Source: Octopus vulgaris (Eukaryota). From it: a DNA stretch of 64,000 nucleotides. The notes beneath the pieces were generated by a model that was not told where the DNA came from, made no database searches, and saw only the letters and a list, made by a program, of their open reading frames with translations. Positions 40,896 to 54,231 of this stretch are shown here, piece by piece; positions within the stretch are counted from its first letter, which is position 1, and every line of letters starts with the position of its first letter. The position numbers and the translations under genes were made by a program. The DNA lies in NCBI GenBank assembly GCA_951406725.2, contig OX597814.1:98270001-98334000 (forward strand). Direction: 5' to 3'.

Positions 40896-41092
40896 CATAG
40901 TTTCTCTGGTAAGTACGTAACTTCTCTCCTCTTCTGCTTCTTGCGGTCATATAACCTCTACTATTTTTAAGACCCGACACAGCCAAAATACATTTTTTCA
41001 TTACATTTTCTTTTTAAACTTTTCTTCTTGTACACTTTTCATTCGAGCTATCTAACTTTCTGAAGAAGGACCTGAAGCCCGAAACGTCAAAG
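40404..41092 (+). repeat. Two ~204-bp direct repeats 485 bp apart, each ending in a minimal hammerhead
   Basis: 40404-40607 and 40889-41092 are near identical and each is preceded by (TA)n. Confidence 0.9.
41056..41092 (+). ncRNA. Minimal hammerhead (second copy at 40571-40607 has core CTGAAGG)
   Basis: cttt CTGAAGA a ggacctgaagccc GAAAC GTC aaag; stem III reduced to the ACGT palindrome. Confidence 0.7.
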
Positions 41093-42231
41093 AATATAGT
41101 ATTTAGATGCTTTGATATATAGATTATAAAGTCTTAGAAGATAATACGAATATTGTACATGCCCAAGCACTGCTATAGACACTTCGAAGTGTTATATAGA
41201 AAAATAACTCGTTTGTAATAGTTATGTATATCAGTACAGTTTTCTCAGTAAAAACAATGCGGGTTTAAAACTTTATTTTAAAGATCTATGTTTGTTTATT
41301 TTTTACACACTTTTGTGAAGTTCAACTTGAATTGTTACAATTCTGAGTGAAACCTCTTTCTGGAACAAACTGAAAACTGTCAGCATCGTTTTAAAGCAAT
41401 TTATCCACAATATAGGGAATTAACTTGACTTTATTTACTTTGGATATTAATAAACTTGAGCTGGGTATGTGTGTTAGTAACTGAAATACATGGATATATT
41501 TGTTTCGGAGGTGTGCTTGCCAAACAAGTGATTTAACCCGAAACAGTGCGTTGACATTAAAATAATTGTAGCGTGGAAGATACACGATTAGCTGTTCGGA
41601 ATCACACAGGCTTAATTTTGCTTATATAGTATTTGCTGTATGTTGTCAACATTTTCATCGCTCGAACTTTGACATCACATTAGAAAATAATAAATCTTTA
41701 CGTGAAATTTACAGTCTTTGTTTGTTCTTATATGACTAACGTGTATTTTACACTGCTTTGCATTGACATTACCATTATACACTTTGAAAACTATCATACA
41801 GGTGTATTAGATTAGACGTATCTGCAGTTAAAGCATATTACGACCAAAACAAGGGAAATTCTGTGTAGCCTTTTGACATGTTAGAAATAGCACCAGCATT
41901 GCTTCATACTGTACTACATTCGCGTATTAAAGAACGAAAATAACGTGAGATTATGTGATCGTAGACAGCTCTAAGTAAACAGGAAAACCACGACTAGAAT
42001 GGCAATAAGAAGGATGTTCGCTCAGAGTTGACCCCCGCTCCCTGCCACCACCGCCAACAACAGCAGCAACAACAACCACAACAACAACAGCAGCAGCAGT
42101 AGTCAATTGAAATGGATCTCTTTCCATCAACTCTAAAAATCTCGTTCACCAATCATTCTCCCACACATCCGTTCATTCATACATCCATGCATGCATCCTT
42201 CTATTCATACATCAATCCATGCAGTCATCTA

Positions 42232-42324
<93 letters not shown>

Positions 42325-42386
42325 CTTCTCTGTCCGTCTCTGTCTGTCTGTATCTGTCTGTCTGTCTCTGTCTATCTGCCTATCTG

Positions 42387-42419
<33 letters not shown>

Positions 42420-42769
42420 TGCTTTAAATTTCAGTTTTCATTTGATTTCATTCGCCACTTATTCACCGTAATGCTTTAGTTATTCTCTCGCTGCTCGTGT
42501 ATCAGATAAACTGAAAAAAAACCGAACGAGTCAATGGTGGGGCATTCATGTATCCACTTGATATTAGCTGCGAATCCCCCTAAAATAAGTATAAAAGAAA
42601 GAAAAATGCATTTGATAGTGAATTGCTACATGCCCAACCACGAAAGAAAGGGGATAGTTACGAATGCAATACTAAGTGATTAGTCTACTTGATCAGATTC
42701 GACCTAGGGTTAAATAACAACTACAACAATAATTTTAGCGTCGATGAGGACAATAATAGCAGCAAAAGT

Positions 42770-44065
42770 ATTCCTTTCTACAATAGGTATAAGGCCATAA
42801 ATTTCGGAAGAGGGGGCAAGTCAATAACATTGACTCCAGTATTCAGTTGGTGCTTATTTTAACTACCCCGAAAGGACGAAAGGCGAAGTCGACCCAGGCA
42901 GAACTTAAAGACAAACGAAATGCAACTAAGCCTACGATTCTGCTAGCTCGCTGCCTTAGCTGTAACAACAAAATCACCTTTATGGTACACCTGTTCTGTT
43001 GTGCATTAAATTCAACTGATAATCTAGTGATGTGCACAGTTCTTCTATATCAAAATTTTGTTGCATACCCAATTGAATATTAGCTGATGATTCATTTTCT
43101 GTGGTGATGTTTAACAAAATTTTAATATTTTTACCTTTTGCTCAGTTTACCTGGATTTACCTGTAATTAAAGTCACTTTGAGACAAAAGTTATGTAAAAG
43201 AATTGATTAGGAACCCTTTCTTTAATTATGTTCCAAATATCACATTAATATGTTGATAAGTAAAAAAGTTACAGTTATTTAATGAAACTAGTCTAAATTC
43301 ATGATTATTTTAGAATTTAATTGAAATTCATGAGGAGTGTATTTTGGTCAGAAATATAGTAACGAAAGGGTTAATATAAAATTTCATTTAAAAAACTCAT
43401 TTCCCTAACAGTTACTTGGGAAAAACAGATCTTGAGAATTTTCTGCTAACAATCCTTTCTACTATAGACACAAAGCCTGACATTCTGGGGAAAGAGACTA
43501 GTCGATTTCAATGAACCGCAGTACTTAACTGGTACTTATTTTATCAACTCTGAAACTCGGTAGGATTTGAACTCAGAACCTAAAGACAAACGAAATGCCG
43601 CTAAGCATTTTGTCCGGCGTGCGAACGATTCTCCCAGCATGCCGCCTTACATAGCCTTCTAATATTTCTTTCCACTATAGGCATAAGGGCTTTAATTTTG
43701 AGGGGAGAGACTAGTCGATTACATTCACCTCCAATGCTTCATTTTATCGACCCTCGAAGGATGAAAGGCAAAGTCGAACTCAGCGGAATTTGAAATCAGA
43801 ACGTGAAGACAGACAAAAATGTTGCTTACCAATTTGTTCGGCGTCCAACGTGCTAATGATAGTCAGTTAATAATCTTTTCTACTATAGGCACAAGTTCTG
43901 AAATTTTGGGTGAAGGAATCAGCCGATTACATCGACCCCAGTGCTCAAGTAGTGTTTATTTCATCGACCCCGAAAAGATGAAATGCAAAGTCCACTTCAG
44001 TGGAATTTCAAATCAAAATGTAAAGACGGAGGAAATGGTGGTACTAAACATTTTGTCCGGTTAGA
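42770..44065 (-). mobile_element. Cluster of four decayed family-B SINEs (~42770-42957, 43450-43648, 43665-43858, 43872-44065)
   Basis: Repeated tttctactatagg...ggatgaaaggcaaagtcga...ggaatttgaa pattern, all in the same orientation. Confidence 0.8.
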
Positions 44066-44447
44066 TAACGATAGTCTGTTAATAGTAGTTGTAGTCCATT
44101 ACAATGGTGGTACTTAACATTTTGTCCGGTTAGATAACGATAGTCTGTTAATAGTAGTTGTAGTCCATTACAATGGTGGTACTTAACAGTTTGTCCGGTT
44201 AGATAACGATAGTCTGTTAATAATGGTTGTAGTTCATTAGAATGGTGGTACTAAACAGTTTGTCCGGTTAGATAACGATAGTCTGTTAATAATGGTTGTA
44301 GTTCATTACAATGGTGGTACTTAACATTTTGTCCGGTTAGATAACGATAGTCTGTTAATAATGGTTGTAGTTCATTAGAATGGTGGTACTAAACAGTTTG
44401 TCCGGTTAGATAACGATAGTCTGTTAATAATGGTTGTAGTTCATTAC
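44034..44447. repeat. Minisatellite, 6 x 69 bp
   Basis: Units start at 44034, 44103, 44172, 44241, 44310 and 44379 (aatggtggtact...cattac/g). Confidence 0.95.
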
Positions 44448-46171
44448 TCCGTAATGTGTTAGAGCTGAGCCCCACTGTCGGTGGATAAAAATAAGTGACT
44501 TTATTTGTGGTCGAGTTTCTACTAAAATGATTGCACAAACAATTCACATACATATTTATGAAACAAAAATAAATTTCGAATAATTTGTTGCAGTTGGACA
44601 TAGTATTTTAAGCACTCAAACATGATTTAGTTTAATCTCAAGGGAAAGCATCTTCAAATTTCTTCCGGTTAATTACGACTTCCATATCTTTCGTATTTGA
44701 GTGTTCACATACTTACCTACCTACCTACATGCACATATGTATCTACAAATGGTACACATACATGCATATATATGCATACATGTAAATAAATACGAACACA
44801 CAAACGTACTATATATATGTATAGGCATGTATAAACATGCACACAGACATGCATATACATGCGCATTCATATTCAAATACGAATATATCAATCTGTCTAT
44901 ATATTAGACATATATATATATATATATGTACATGTATAGGTATATTTATATATATATATGTATGTACATGTATATATATACATACATGCTCACATATACA
45001 TATACATACATATTTATATATACATATACATACATATATATACACATATACATACATATATATTTACATATACATACATGCATACACATATACACACATA
45101 CCTATATACATATACATACATGTATATATACATATACATACATGCATATATACATATACATACATTATATACATATGCATATATATATACATATACATAA
45201 TACATATATGCATACATATATACATACAGCTATATACATACATATACATATATACATATACATACATACATGCATATATAAATACACACATACACATATA
45301 CACAGACAGTGGGTGAATGCATTTTTATTTGCAGAAACTTTAATTTTCTTAATTGCTGATTTTATCGCGAAAACCTGATTAGATTCACTGGTTTAATATA
45401 ATTGACTCTTTAATGATGTCAACTTGGCGCACTTGAACCTTGATTTTTCTGAGTATAGGTCTGATGTTCTTAAAACAATATCAATTATACAAAAAATAAT
45501 TCCAATAGTACACTAAAGCAAAGCCTCAACGATAAGAACAACAGCAACATAAGTAAAGAATCAATGACAGAACTATCGCGCAGTCACTCGACCTGCGAGT
45601 TAGAGCAGCTAAACTTTTCTCAAATCATATCCTACCTTCTTTTTAAGAGGATGTGTTGGACAAAATAGTCCTTGACCTGCTCAATGAGGGCAAATCTAGA
45701 TCTAAATAACAACAAAACATCATTAAATCCCACAGTAAATATAAGGATTCCGAATTGAAAGGTACTGAAATTTTTGGATAGGCGGGTATATATCTGTGTT
45801 GAAGCTGTTTCATTCCACGTATTCCACTAATATCGTTAGGAAAGACAGATATAAGAGCTTCTTGTTTGCCTTTTTTATACCTGTCCCCCACCACAGAGAA
45901 AACATTACCTTTTGTGTGTAAATGTGTGTAAACGTAGAGTAACTTAGGACTTATGTCACAAGTCACAAAAATATTATATTCTTTCAGAACCCATGAAACC
46001 AGAGCTAATGAAAAATCTGAAAAGATACATAGACATTTAGGACAAGCAAACGGCTAGGCGAAAGAAACCAGAATATTAAAGATAGTGGAGTTTCAGAATC
46101 AGTAAACTACTAAATAAATGCATAATGGAATTCACATTTTGCTGACAAGATTTTTCTCAGCCACAAAACTA

Positions 46172-46344
46172 CGAGAGGGTGCTAAAAAGTACTTGCCTTT
46201 AAGGGTGTCGCGAAAGGCCAGGGCTTAGAAAAACTGAAGGACCACTGCAATAAGTTTGTGAATCTGAGAGGGTAATATGTTGAATAAAATCAACTTCCTG
46301 TATTTTCTTTTACCCAAAGTCAGGAACTTTTCAGAATCCCTTCG
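46172..46344 (+). mobile_element. mariner-derived MITE
   Basis: TA-flanked TIRs cgagagggtgctaaaaagtacttgccttt / aaagtcaggaacttttcagaatcccttcg; internal KLKDHCNKFVNLRG*YVE* resembles the mariner transposase C-terminus. Confidence 0.8.
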
Positions 46345-46520
46345 TACAAGAACTTAATTTATGCGTTGCCATTATGCGCAAACTGTTTAATGGACTAATC
46401 TCGTTCCTTTGGAGCCGATGTAAGAATCTATTATAAACAAACGTAGAATGTTTGGAAAATGATTTGTTGACAAATATGGTGCAATAATTGCTTGCTTTGA
46501 AGAATTAAGTCAACATTATA

Positions 46521-47035
46521 GGGGCAGGCATGGCTGTGTCGTTAAGAATATCTAACAGGTATAGGTATAGCTTTGTGGATAAGAAGCTCGCTTTGTTACC
46601 ATGTGAATATAAGTTCAGTTCCATTGAACCGCAACATTGTAAACGCCTGCTACTATGACCGCGGACTGACCAATACTTTGCGAGCGAATGTCGTGAACGA
46701 AAATTCACACGTGGAAGTGCGTCGTATGTATGTGTGTATGTGTGTATGTATGTATGTATGTATGTATGTATGTATGTATGTATGTATGCATGTATGTATG
46801 TATGTATGTATGTATGTATGTATGTATGTATGTGAAGTTGTGTGGTTTAGTGGTTAGGGTACTCAGTTTATGATCGTAAGGTCGTGAGTTCGATTCACGG
46901 GTGCGCGTTGTGTTCTTGAGCAGGACATATTATATCACGTTGCTCCGGTCCACACAGCTGGTAGAAATGAATAGCAACTGTATTTCAAAGGGCCATTCTT
47001 GCCACATTCTGTGCCTGCTTAATCTCTCTGAAAAC
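46521..47035 (+). mobile_element. Two decayed tRNA-derived SINE heads separated by (TATG)n
   Basis: gggcaggcatggctgtgt...aagttcagttcc at 46521 and gtgtggtttagtggttaggg...gtgagttcgattc at 46840. Confidence 0.65.
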
Positions 47036-47154
47036 AGACCAATTGGAACCCTCATCATCCTAATCAGTAATGTATGTATGTATGTATGTATGTATGTATG
47101 TATGTATGTATGTTTGTATGTATGTATGTAAGTATGTATGTATGTATGTTTGTC

Positions 47155-48620
47155 TTTTCTAGTTTTTAATTATTACAAAGCTTCCACTGAGGAGGAAGCC
47201 GGTTTCCAACAAAGATACAAGGTTCCATCTTTGGAATGTAGTTAATACAGACAAATTCACATTTCAATCCACCTGTCAGTCATCGTAAGTCGAACTTTTT
47301 TACTTAAATGACCCCTGTTCTATCATAATTGAAAACAGTGTTGCTTTACTGTCAAGGTCAACTCCACGTCTTCTTCAGTCCAAGCAACGTCGTTCTCTTT
47401 GACTCTGTGTGTTCGTGTTCCAATCCTCTTTTCATATCGTCCGCCGCCATTATTTTCAATCCTCCTCTCAGTTATCGTAAGTCGAACTATTTTACTGTTC
47501 CACTCACAGATTGGTCAATTTCTCTTTCTGAAAATCTCAGTTTATCCATATTCTCAGTTAAGCATTTACTAACAGAACCTAGTGCTCCAATTATTATTGG
47601 TATGAATATGAATTCATAGTCTGGATATAAAAGCTGGAGGTTTCGAAGCAGTTGTCCATATATATACTCTTTTCTCTGATTTTCAAAGAGATACATCTGC
47701 AGGGCAGCTAACCTCTATGATGCCTTTGCCCCTCTGTCTCAAACAACAATATTCGGCATATTATGTTTATATTTGACTGAAGTTTTGATGGGAATATCCC
47801 ACCAGTATTCCTTGAGTTGGTGTTTATGAATGTAGTCCATAATAGAGGGATTTTCTAAGTTTATTTCAGGATAGTCTCTTTTGCGGATGGCATTGTAAAC
47901 TCTTTTAGTAACAACATCGTGCCGCATAGGGAGTTAGTACCGTGACGACATTTTAGGACAACTGCTAATCACATGCGTAATGTCTTCCACAGGAACATGA
48001 CATAGCCTACACACGCAGTTGCGCCTTGGAATTACAAAAGCGTCACTGTCTCTCTTGTTCACCAGCACTTTGTGGAAATCTCCTGTTCCTGGATTGCAAA
48101 CGCATAACCTTCAAAGTGTGATGTAGTGGTCTTGTATCCAAGAGAGGCTGCACTTCGTAACAATTCTACTGTCTTCTTCAAGCCTCCGGGTAACATACCC
48201 ATGCATGGTCTTTTTCTTTTTGTATGCTGAGTACTTTCCATCCAGGTCTTCTCTGAGGTAAGAGAGCCCAGCTATTTTGGGGCTGTATAGGATATCATAA
48301 GAAAGAGAGTGTTTCTTGAGGAGTTACTGCCAACTCGTACAATGCTGCTCACTTCACTTTTCAGCACTGCATTAATGCATTATTTTTGCTGCTGTCGTTT
48401 AGCAGGTGCTGCCTGAGCGATACCATACGGTATTCGAAGGCCGTCTGCACCAATATCAGGCCTCTACCACCTTCATTTTTTGTTAGGTAGAGCCTGTCAA
48501 CATCACTGTTTTTATGGAAGTTCCCAGTTGTCAGGATTTTGCGGGTTTTGATATTTACGGAGTGGATTTCCTCTACAGGCCAATCAAGTATCCCAAATGT
48601 TGGGATCAGTACTAGTACTG
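47155..48620 (-). mobile_element. R4/Dong-type LINE 3' portion (decayed)
   Basis: Peptides DVDRLYL...GGRGL, SHFEGYAFAIQEQEI, CRLCHVPVEDITHVISSCP, RHDVV...WWDIPIKT...HNMPNIVV, and FIPIIIGALG. Confidence 0.85.
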
Positions 48621-48689
48621 TATATGAATTGTGGGATTTTGTTTTGTTATAAGAAGAGAGTTCCGACTGCCATATTTATGTATATATAT

Positions 48690-48736
<47 letters not shown>

Positions 48737-48788
48737 TATACATATATATATATATATATACATATATATATACATTTATATATATGTG

Positions 48789-48856
<68 letters not shown>

Positions 48857-48859
<3 letters not shown>

Positions 48860-49196
48860 AGGCAGAATGCTAAATGTAAAGTAAATTTTAATAAAAATGG
48901 GTGTATGAAAAATTAAAAAAGAAAAAATAATAAATCAGGCCAGCTTTCATTGCAAGGCAAATTTTCAAGATTTGGAAGGGGAAAAATATTTTTATAAAAT
49001 TGAGGAAGGGGAAAAAATTTACAATGCTTTTAAAAAAAAAAATAATAATACATATATACAAAAATTAATAAATAAGTATACCTTTACATTGTAGAGTCAT
49101 TATGCTTTTAGAGTTCAATAATAGTCCTTGGAAAAACTTCTTTGGAGGATTAGGATGGATGCGTTTAAATGTAGTGTATATTTTGAAAGAGTGGGA
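48857..49196 (-). mobile_element. PLE-like 3' end family (second copy 54058-54212)
   Basis: Shared taaggcagaatgctaaat...ttggaagggg block; carries a U3-A8 hammerhead; minus-strand GLLLNSKS peptide upstream. Confidence 0.65.
48932..48973 (-). ncRNA. U3-A8 hammerhead motif (cleavage triplet decayed)
   Basis: Minus strand aaatc TTGAAAA t ttgc ctt gcaa t GAAAG ctgg CCT gattt. Confidence 0.55.
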
Positions 49197-49199
49197 TCA

Positions 49200-52100
49200 C
49201 CCCACTCTTTCAGAAGGGAAGAAAAAAGGTGAATGAGAGCAAGAAAGCAAAAAGATCAGTGATGACCACACCACATCTTGAGTGGACCAAAGAAGACGTG
49301 AAGAGACGCGAACACACAGAGACACAGAGAAAGCGACGCTGAGTGGACCGAAGACGTAGAGGTGACCTTGACAAGAGAGGAAAACTGTTGTAAAAGGTGA
49401 TACAACAGAGGTCAATCAAGTAAAATAGTTCGACTTACGATAACTGAGAGGAGGATTGAAAATAATGGCGGCGGACGATATGAAAAGAGAATTGGAACAC
49501 GAACACACAAAGTCAGAAAGAACGACGTTGCTTGGACTGAAGAAGACGTGGAGTTGACCTTGACAGTAAAGCAACACTGTTTTCAATTGTGATAGAACAG
49601 GGGTCATTTAAGTAAAAAAGTTCGACTTACGATGACTGACAGGTGGATTGAAAAATGGTAGCGGACGGCATGAACAGAGGAGTGGAGCGATGCGAACACA
49701 CAGAGACAGAGAGGGAAATGATGAAGCATGGAACAATGGCGGCGGACGGCATGAAAAAAGCCAAATTTACGGACGTACGCCATGGCATCCTGTGCCGTTT
49801 ATTCATGTATCGAGGTGAGCCAGTGTAGCTTGACGAAAGTATAATATATTGTCCAACGTTGGTAGCGTCACCTTCACGCTGCAACGCATCCCGAAGACCA
49901 GCGTAATTAGTAGCTCTCAGCTCGGTTTGATGGGTACGTATGTAGAGAAGACGTTCCACCTTAATCTTTGTGTTCGCCAACTTGTAGCCAACTTGTAGCC
50001 AGTCTAACCTGTCTTTCTTCCGCAGTTTCGTTAAGGATTGGTTGTTGTCGTCGACTGCGCTGGGCAGAAAGTCGGGCCTCTCTTGCACCTGGGGTTTCAG
50101 TCAGACGTGCAGGTTGGTTTCTATCATGCTGGACTGAAAGACGGGCTTCTCTTACAGCTGGGGGTCTCCTTCATGCTTGAGCGTTGGTCTCTATCACGTT
50201 GGGCTGAAAGACGAGACTTCCTTGCAGCTGGAGTCTCCCTCAAGCGTGAGCGTTGGCGTTGAATGTGTCGGGTAGAGAGGCAAGCTTCCGTTGTTTCAGG
50301 ATTTTCATCTAGACGTAAGTTGTTGGAGTTATTTCCCTGGTCAGCAAGAGGAACCTCCCTTGCTTCTAGAGTCTCCGACAGAAGAAACACTTGATCAGAA
50401 GTAGCCTAATTGTGGCAAAAGTAGAAATGACCGACATAGTTAAGATTTTAAACGCAGAAAAAATTAGATTTTGGGGGTCAGACACAAAATTCAATGAAAA
50501 AATAAAGCAGGGTACATAAATGAAATTAATTTTGACAAATATATGGCACAATTTTCCCGATATAATAGAATTGTGGATGCATTTTAAATAAATTTTCATA
50601 AAGGTTAAAGCTCTGATACCAACCTTTTTATCAATTTTCTCCAATGTCAGTATAAAAAATGAATATTCAAAATTTTCCTGATCGACTTCAATGTCATTGA
50701 TGTCGACACGTGCACTGTTTTCCTATGACGCTATAAAGCAAATCCGTGTTGTTTAAGAATGCGTTCTTGGGAAGCTGAAGTGTAGCTTATTTTTGAAGAG
50801 TTAATAATGTTATTTAATAGCGAAATAAGTGAAATAGTGATGCCCAATATAATTAAATGTAACGCCTAACGTAACGCAGTAATAATTGAGAACGTAGTGT
50901 TTATGTTTACCGAAAAAAGGAATTGCCGAATATTTGGGAGCGTAAGAATCAAAATTTAAAGCTTTTATAACATTTAGCACAAATTTTAGGAAATTAAAAA
51001 CTTTGTCATATAGGTTGCAAATCTTCTTAAAACTAACCAAATGTAGGTAAGGCTCTCAAAATTTGTTAAAAAGAAAATAATATTCGATATCGGTAAAAAG
51101 AGTATGTGAACATCAAGACGTGAGCGTTTGTTATTGACGCCCAGGTCGGCCACGGGGGCCTCCCTTGCCTCTGGAATGTCCTCCAAAAGCAAGTTTTGGT
51201 TGTGAGGAGTAGCCAGAGACGTAGCCTGATTGCAAAAGATATACAGAATAATCAGCCAATGTTCAGAAATTCTACAACGTTGTTACGAAACAAATAGATA
51301 CAAACGAAAATATGGGGGGGCAAGTCGAAATTTTGGAGAATACGTAGTCTTACCGGCGAAATAGCGGTCTCGCTGATGTGCAAGTTAAATTTTACAGAGT
51401 GATAAAGCAGATGTTTAATTTGTAAACATGTAAAAATGAACTAGAGCTTATTATCTAACTAACAATTATGTTTTAAAGCCGAATTAATGTTTATCAATGG
51501 AAAAATACCAATAAAGAACGTACCTGTGCACGCACCTCCTTCCTTCGCAATTTCAGGACTTTATTTCGTTTCTTAGAAAAGACTGAGCGTTTTCGGTTTG
51601 GCATATCGTATAACGATACTAAAAAGGCATGAAAAATAAGGCCTTAAGTTAATATGCTTAACAACTAACAAAAACGTATTGGTTTACATTGGATGAAGTG
51701 TCAACCAAAAAGTGGAAAGATAATGAAATTAATAAATATAGCTCATTGAAAAATTAATGTTCAAAGAAGTAGTAAACCATTGTAAATTTTTTGAGAAATC
51801 GAGAGGCATTGAATTAAGATGCCTAAGTAGTAATGGGATAAAAGTAATTCAGCTTTAATAATGGACCAATCTATCCATGCAAATAAGGATAAAGTAAAAA
51901 TGTAATAGTATAGTATTGTGTAATACTATCGACGCATCGTTAATTAAAAAATCGATAAGCATTCTCGGTGAAACGTGAAAAAATCACGCCTGTCGTCTCG
52001 TGACACTAAATCGAGAAAATAAAAATAACCGTAAATTTGATTATTTTTGTACTCATCGGCGGAATTTTTGAACAAGTCAAAATCTAAAAAATATATCTCA

Positions 52101-52539
52101 TCATATCCTACAGGGTGGTATGATTTTTTATGTAGAACAAATCAAAGATGCAAGCAGCAAAATATCAAACGGTAAAACGACTAAAAATGTAACTTTTTTT
52201 CGCTTCATGAAATCTTTTCTTTTAAACAACAATTTCCACAAAAAATTGACGGACTAATAAACAGAAGAGCCTGTAGATTATGCAAGTGTGCTTTTTATTA
52301 AAATCGTCCACAAAACATGACCTCCACAGCTTGCAGAATTGATCGAAAATGAGTTTTGTTGCCCTAGTAACTAAAGCTTTTAAGATGGAGATTTCTAACA
52401 TAGTCCAGTCGCTTCCTCGCCTCACTTTACATGTTTTCGCCGCAATCCGAGCACGCCTAATGCCATTGAACCCTGCATAACCATTAAATAAGACACGCAA
52501 ACATACATCTTTCGGCCATTTCACTTTTATATATAGAGA
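49200..52539 (-). mobile_element. Helitron remnant (5' end, N-terminal repeats, start of Rep region)
   Basis: 5' a|TCtctatatataaaag at 52539; ETPAARKSRL repeats; ERLLYIRTHQTELRA.NY.GLRDAL...GQYIILSSSYTGSPRYM. 3' end not seen. Confidence 0.85.
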
Positions 52540-53109
52540 TATATAAGTTAAAGGTATATAAAGATTAATTTGTCTTAACATATATCTCTGTGTTCCTTTC
52601 CGATTGAAAATATGTCTTCTCCCTACCTACTAAATCCTGCAGATTGTGTTTCTTGTTCCACATGACCATTTCTGGTGTTTCTGCTTTTCTATAACGCTCG
52701 TTAAGAATGTTAATGTGGAATTACAAATTGCTCACAAGTAAATCGTTGGGAGCCATCCACAGCTATTCAAAAATGGCTTGTTAAAGATAATTCGTTCGAA
52801 CAGCAGACCATCGCTAGCAAATACGTTTCTTTTTTCCTTCCACCCTCCCCACCTCACGCATGGATCCGTTTGGCGTTGATGAAACAAAAATGTGCTTATG
52901 TGCGAAATTAAAGTGACTATAGATCATATACCAATCCTTGGTGCGACAGATAAACCTATTAAAATAACATTCCTTCTAACAGCTAACTATGAATCAGAAA
53001 GCGACTTTGAATATATCTCGGGCACTCCTCAATACAGAATTTGGACAGCACAGTCTAACAAGAACAAGTCATTTATCATCCGTTTAAACAAACATTTGTC
53101 AACAGTATC

Positions 53110-54040
53110 AATGCATATATGGGTACAGGACACCAAAATAACGTCGAACACAATGAGAAACGAAAACATAGACACAAAACCAAGGAAATGGACATTTCTT
53201 TTAAACAACGAAAAAATAGAGTACAGGACATACACAACAAGGAAAATTCCCCTTCTTCAGTCGCCTTAGTTTCATCTACTCCACATTTCGAAGGTCAAGG
53301 CGATACATGACTTCAATAAAACTTTCCTTCCCGCGAAAATCAAATTAAATAAAAATTTGTGATTTTTTTGCGGAGAGGTAAAAATGGTAACAAAAACAGG
53401 ACAGTAACGACAGTACAAAATATAAACAGTAAAATACAGGACACGGAGAATAACAGTAACACAAACAAGAAGGGCTGTTAAGCCAAACGAGATAAAAAAT
53501 TTTTACGAACGCTATTTTTTGAGAACGGCAGGGAGCAACAGATTTTACCGTCTCTACTTGAAGGAAGCCAGGAGAAGAAAGACAGTGGTAGCCATCTCAT
53601 CGCGTGACCGCGACGGGAGGGAGGAGGAGGAGTAAGAGAAAGGGAGAGAAAAAAGGGAATGGTTGTAGAGAAAAGAATGAAGAATGGGAGAGAGAGAGGG
53701 GGAGACAGTAAGGTAGAAGAAAAGGAAAGCCAAAAGAATGAAGGCTGAGAAATGGAGGGGGAGAGAAAGGTTAAGAGTGCGCATCATTATTAATATTAAG
53801 AACAATCTTACTTAGAAATGGATGCGTGCGTTCCGTCATATAATAAATTAATAAATAAAACATATGCATATATACATACATATATGTACGTACCTACCTC
53901 TACATGTATATATACATGCATATATGGGTACAGGACACCAAAAAAACGTCGAACATAATGAGAAACGAAAACATAAACACAAAACCAAGGAAATGGACAT
54001 TTCTTTTAAACAACGAAAAAACAGAGTACAGGACATACAA
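53110..54040. repeat. PLE-like non-coding element with a ~125-bp direct repeat (53110-53235 / 53915-54040)
   Basis: Duplicated atgcatatatgggtacaggacacc...gtacaggacataca; related in reverse to 22860-22995. Confidence 0.7.
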
Positions 54041-54129
54041 AAGGAGAGGAAAAAATTATAAGGCAGAATGCTAAATTGAAAGTAAATTTTAATAAAAATG
54101 AGTGTATGAAAAATTAAAAAGGAAAAAAG

Positions 54130-54171
54130 AAATCAAACCGGCTTTCATTGCAAGGCAAATTTTCAAGATTT
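54130..54171 (-). ncRNA. Minimal hammerhead with U3-A8 core
   Basis: Minus strand aaatc TTGAAAA t ttgc ctt gcaa t GAAAG ccgg TTT gattt; perfect stems I and II. Confidence 0.68.
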
Positions 54172-54231
54172 GGAAGGGGAAATTTTTTGTTTTTAAATTG
54201 AGGAAGGGGAAAAAGTCAAACGAAGTCAATC

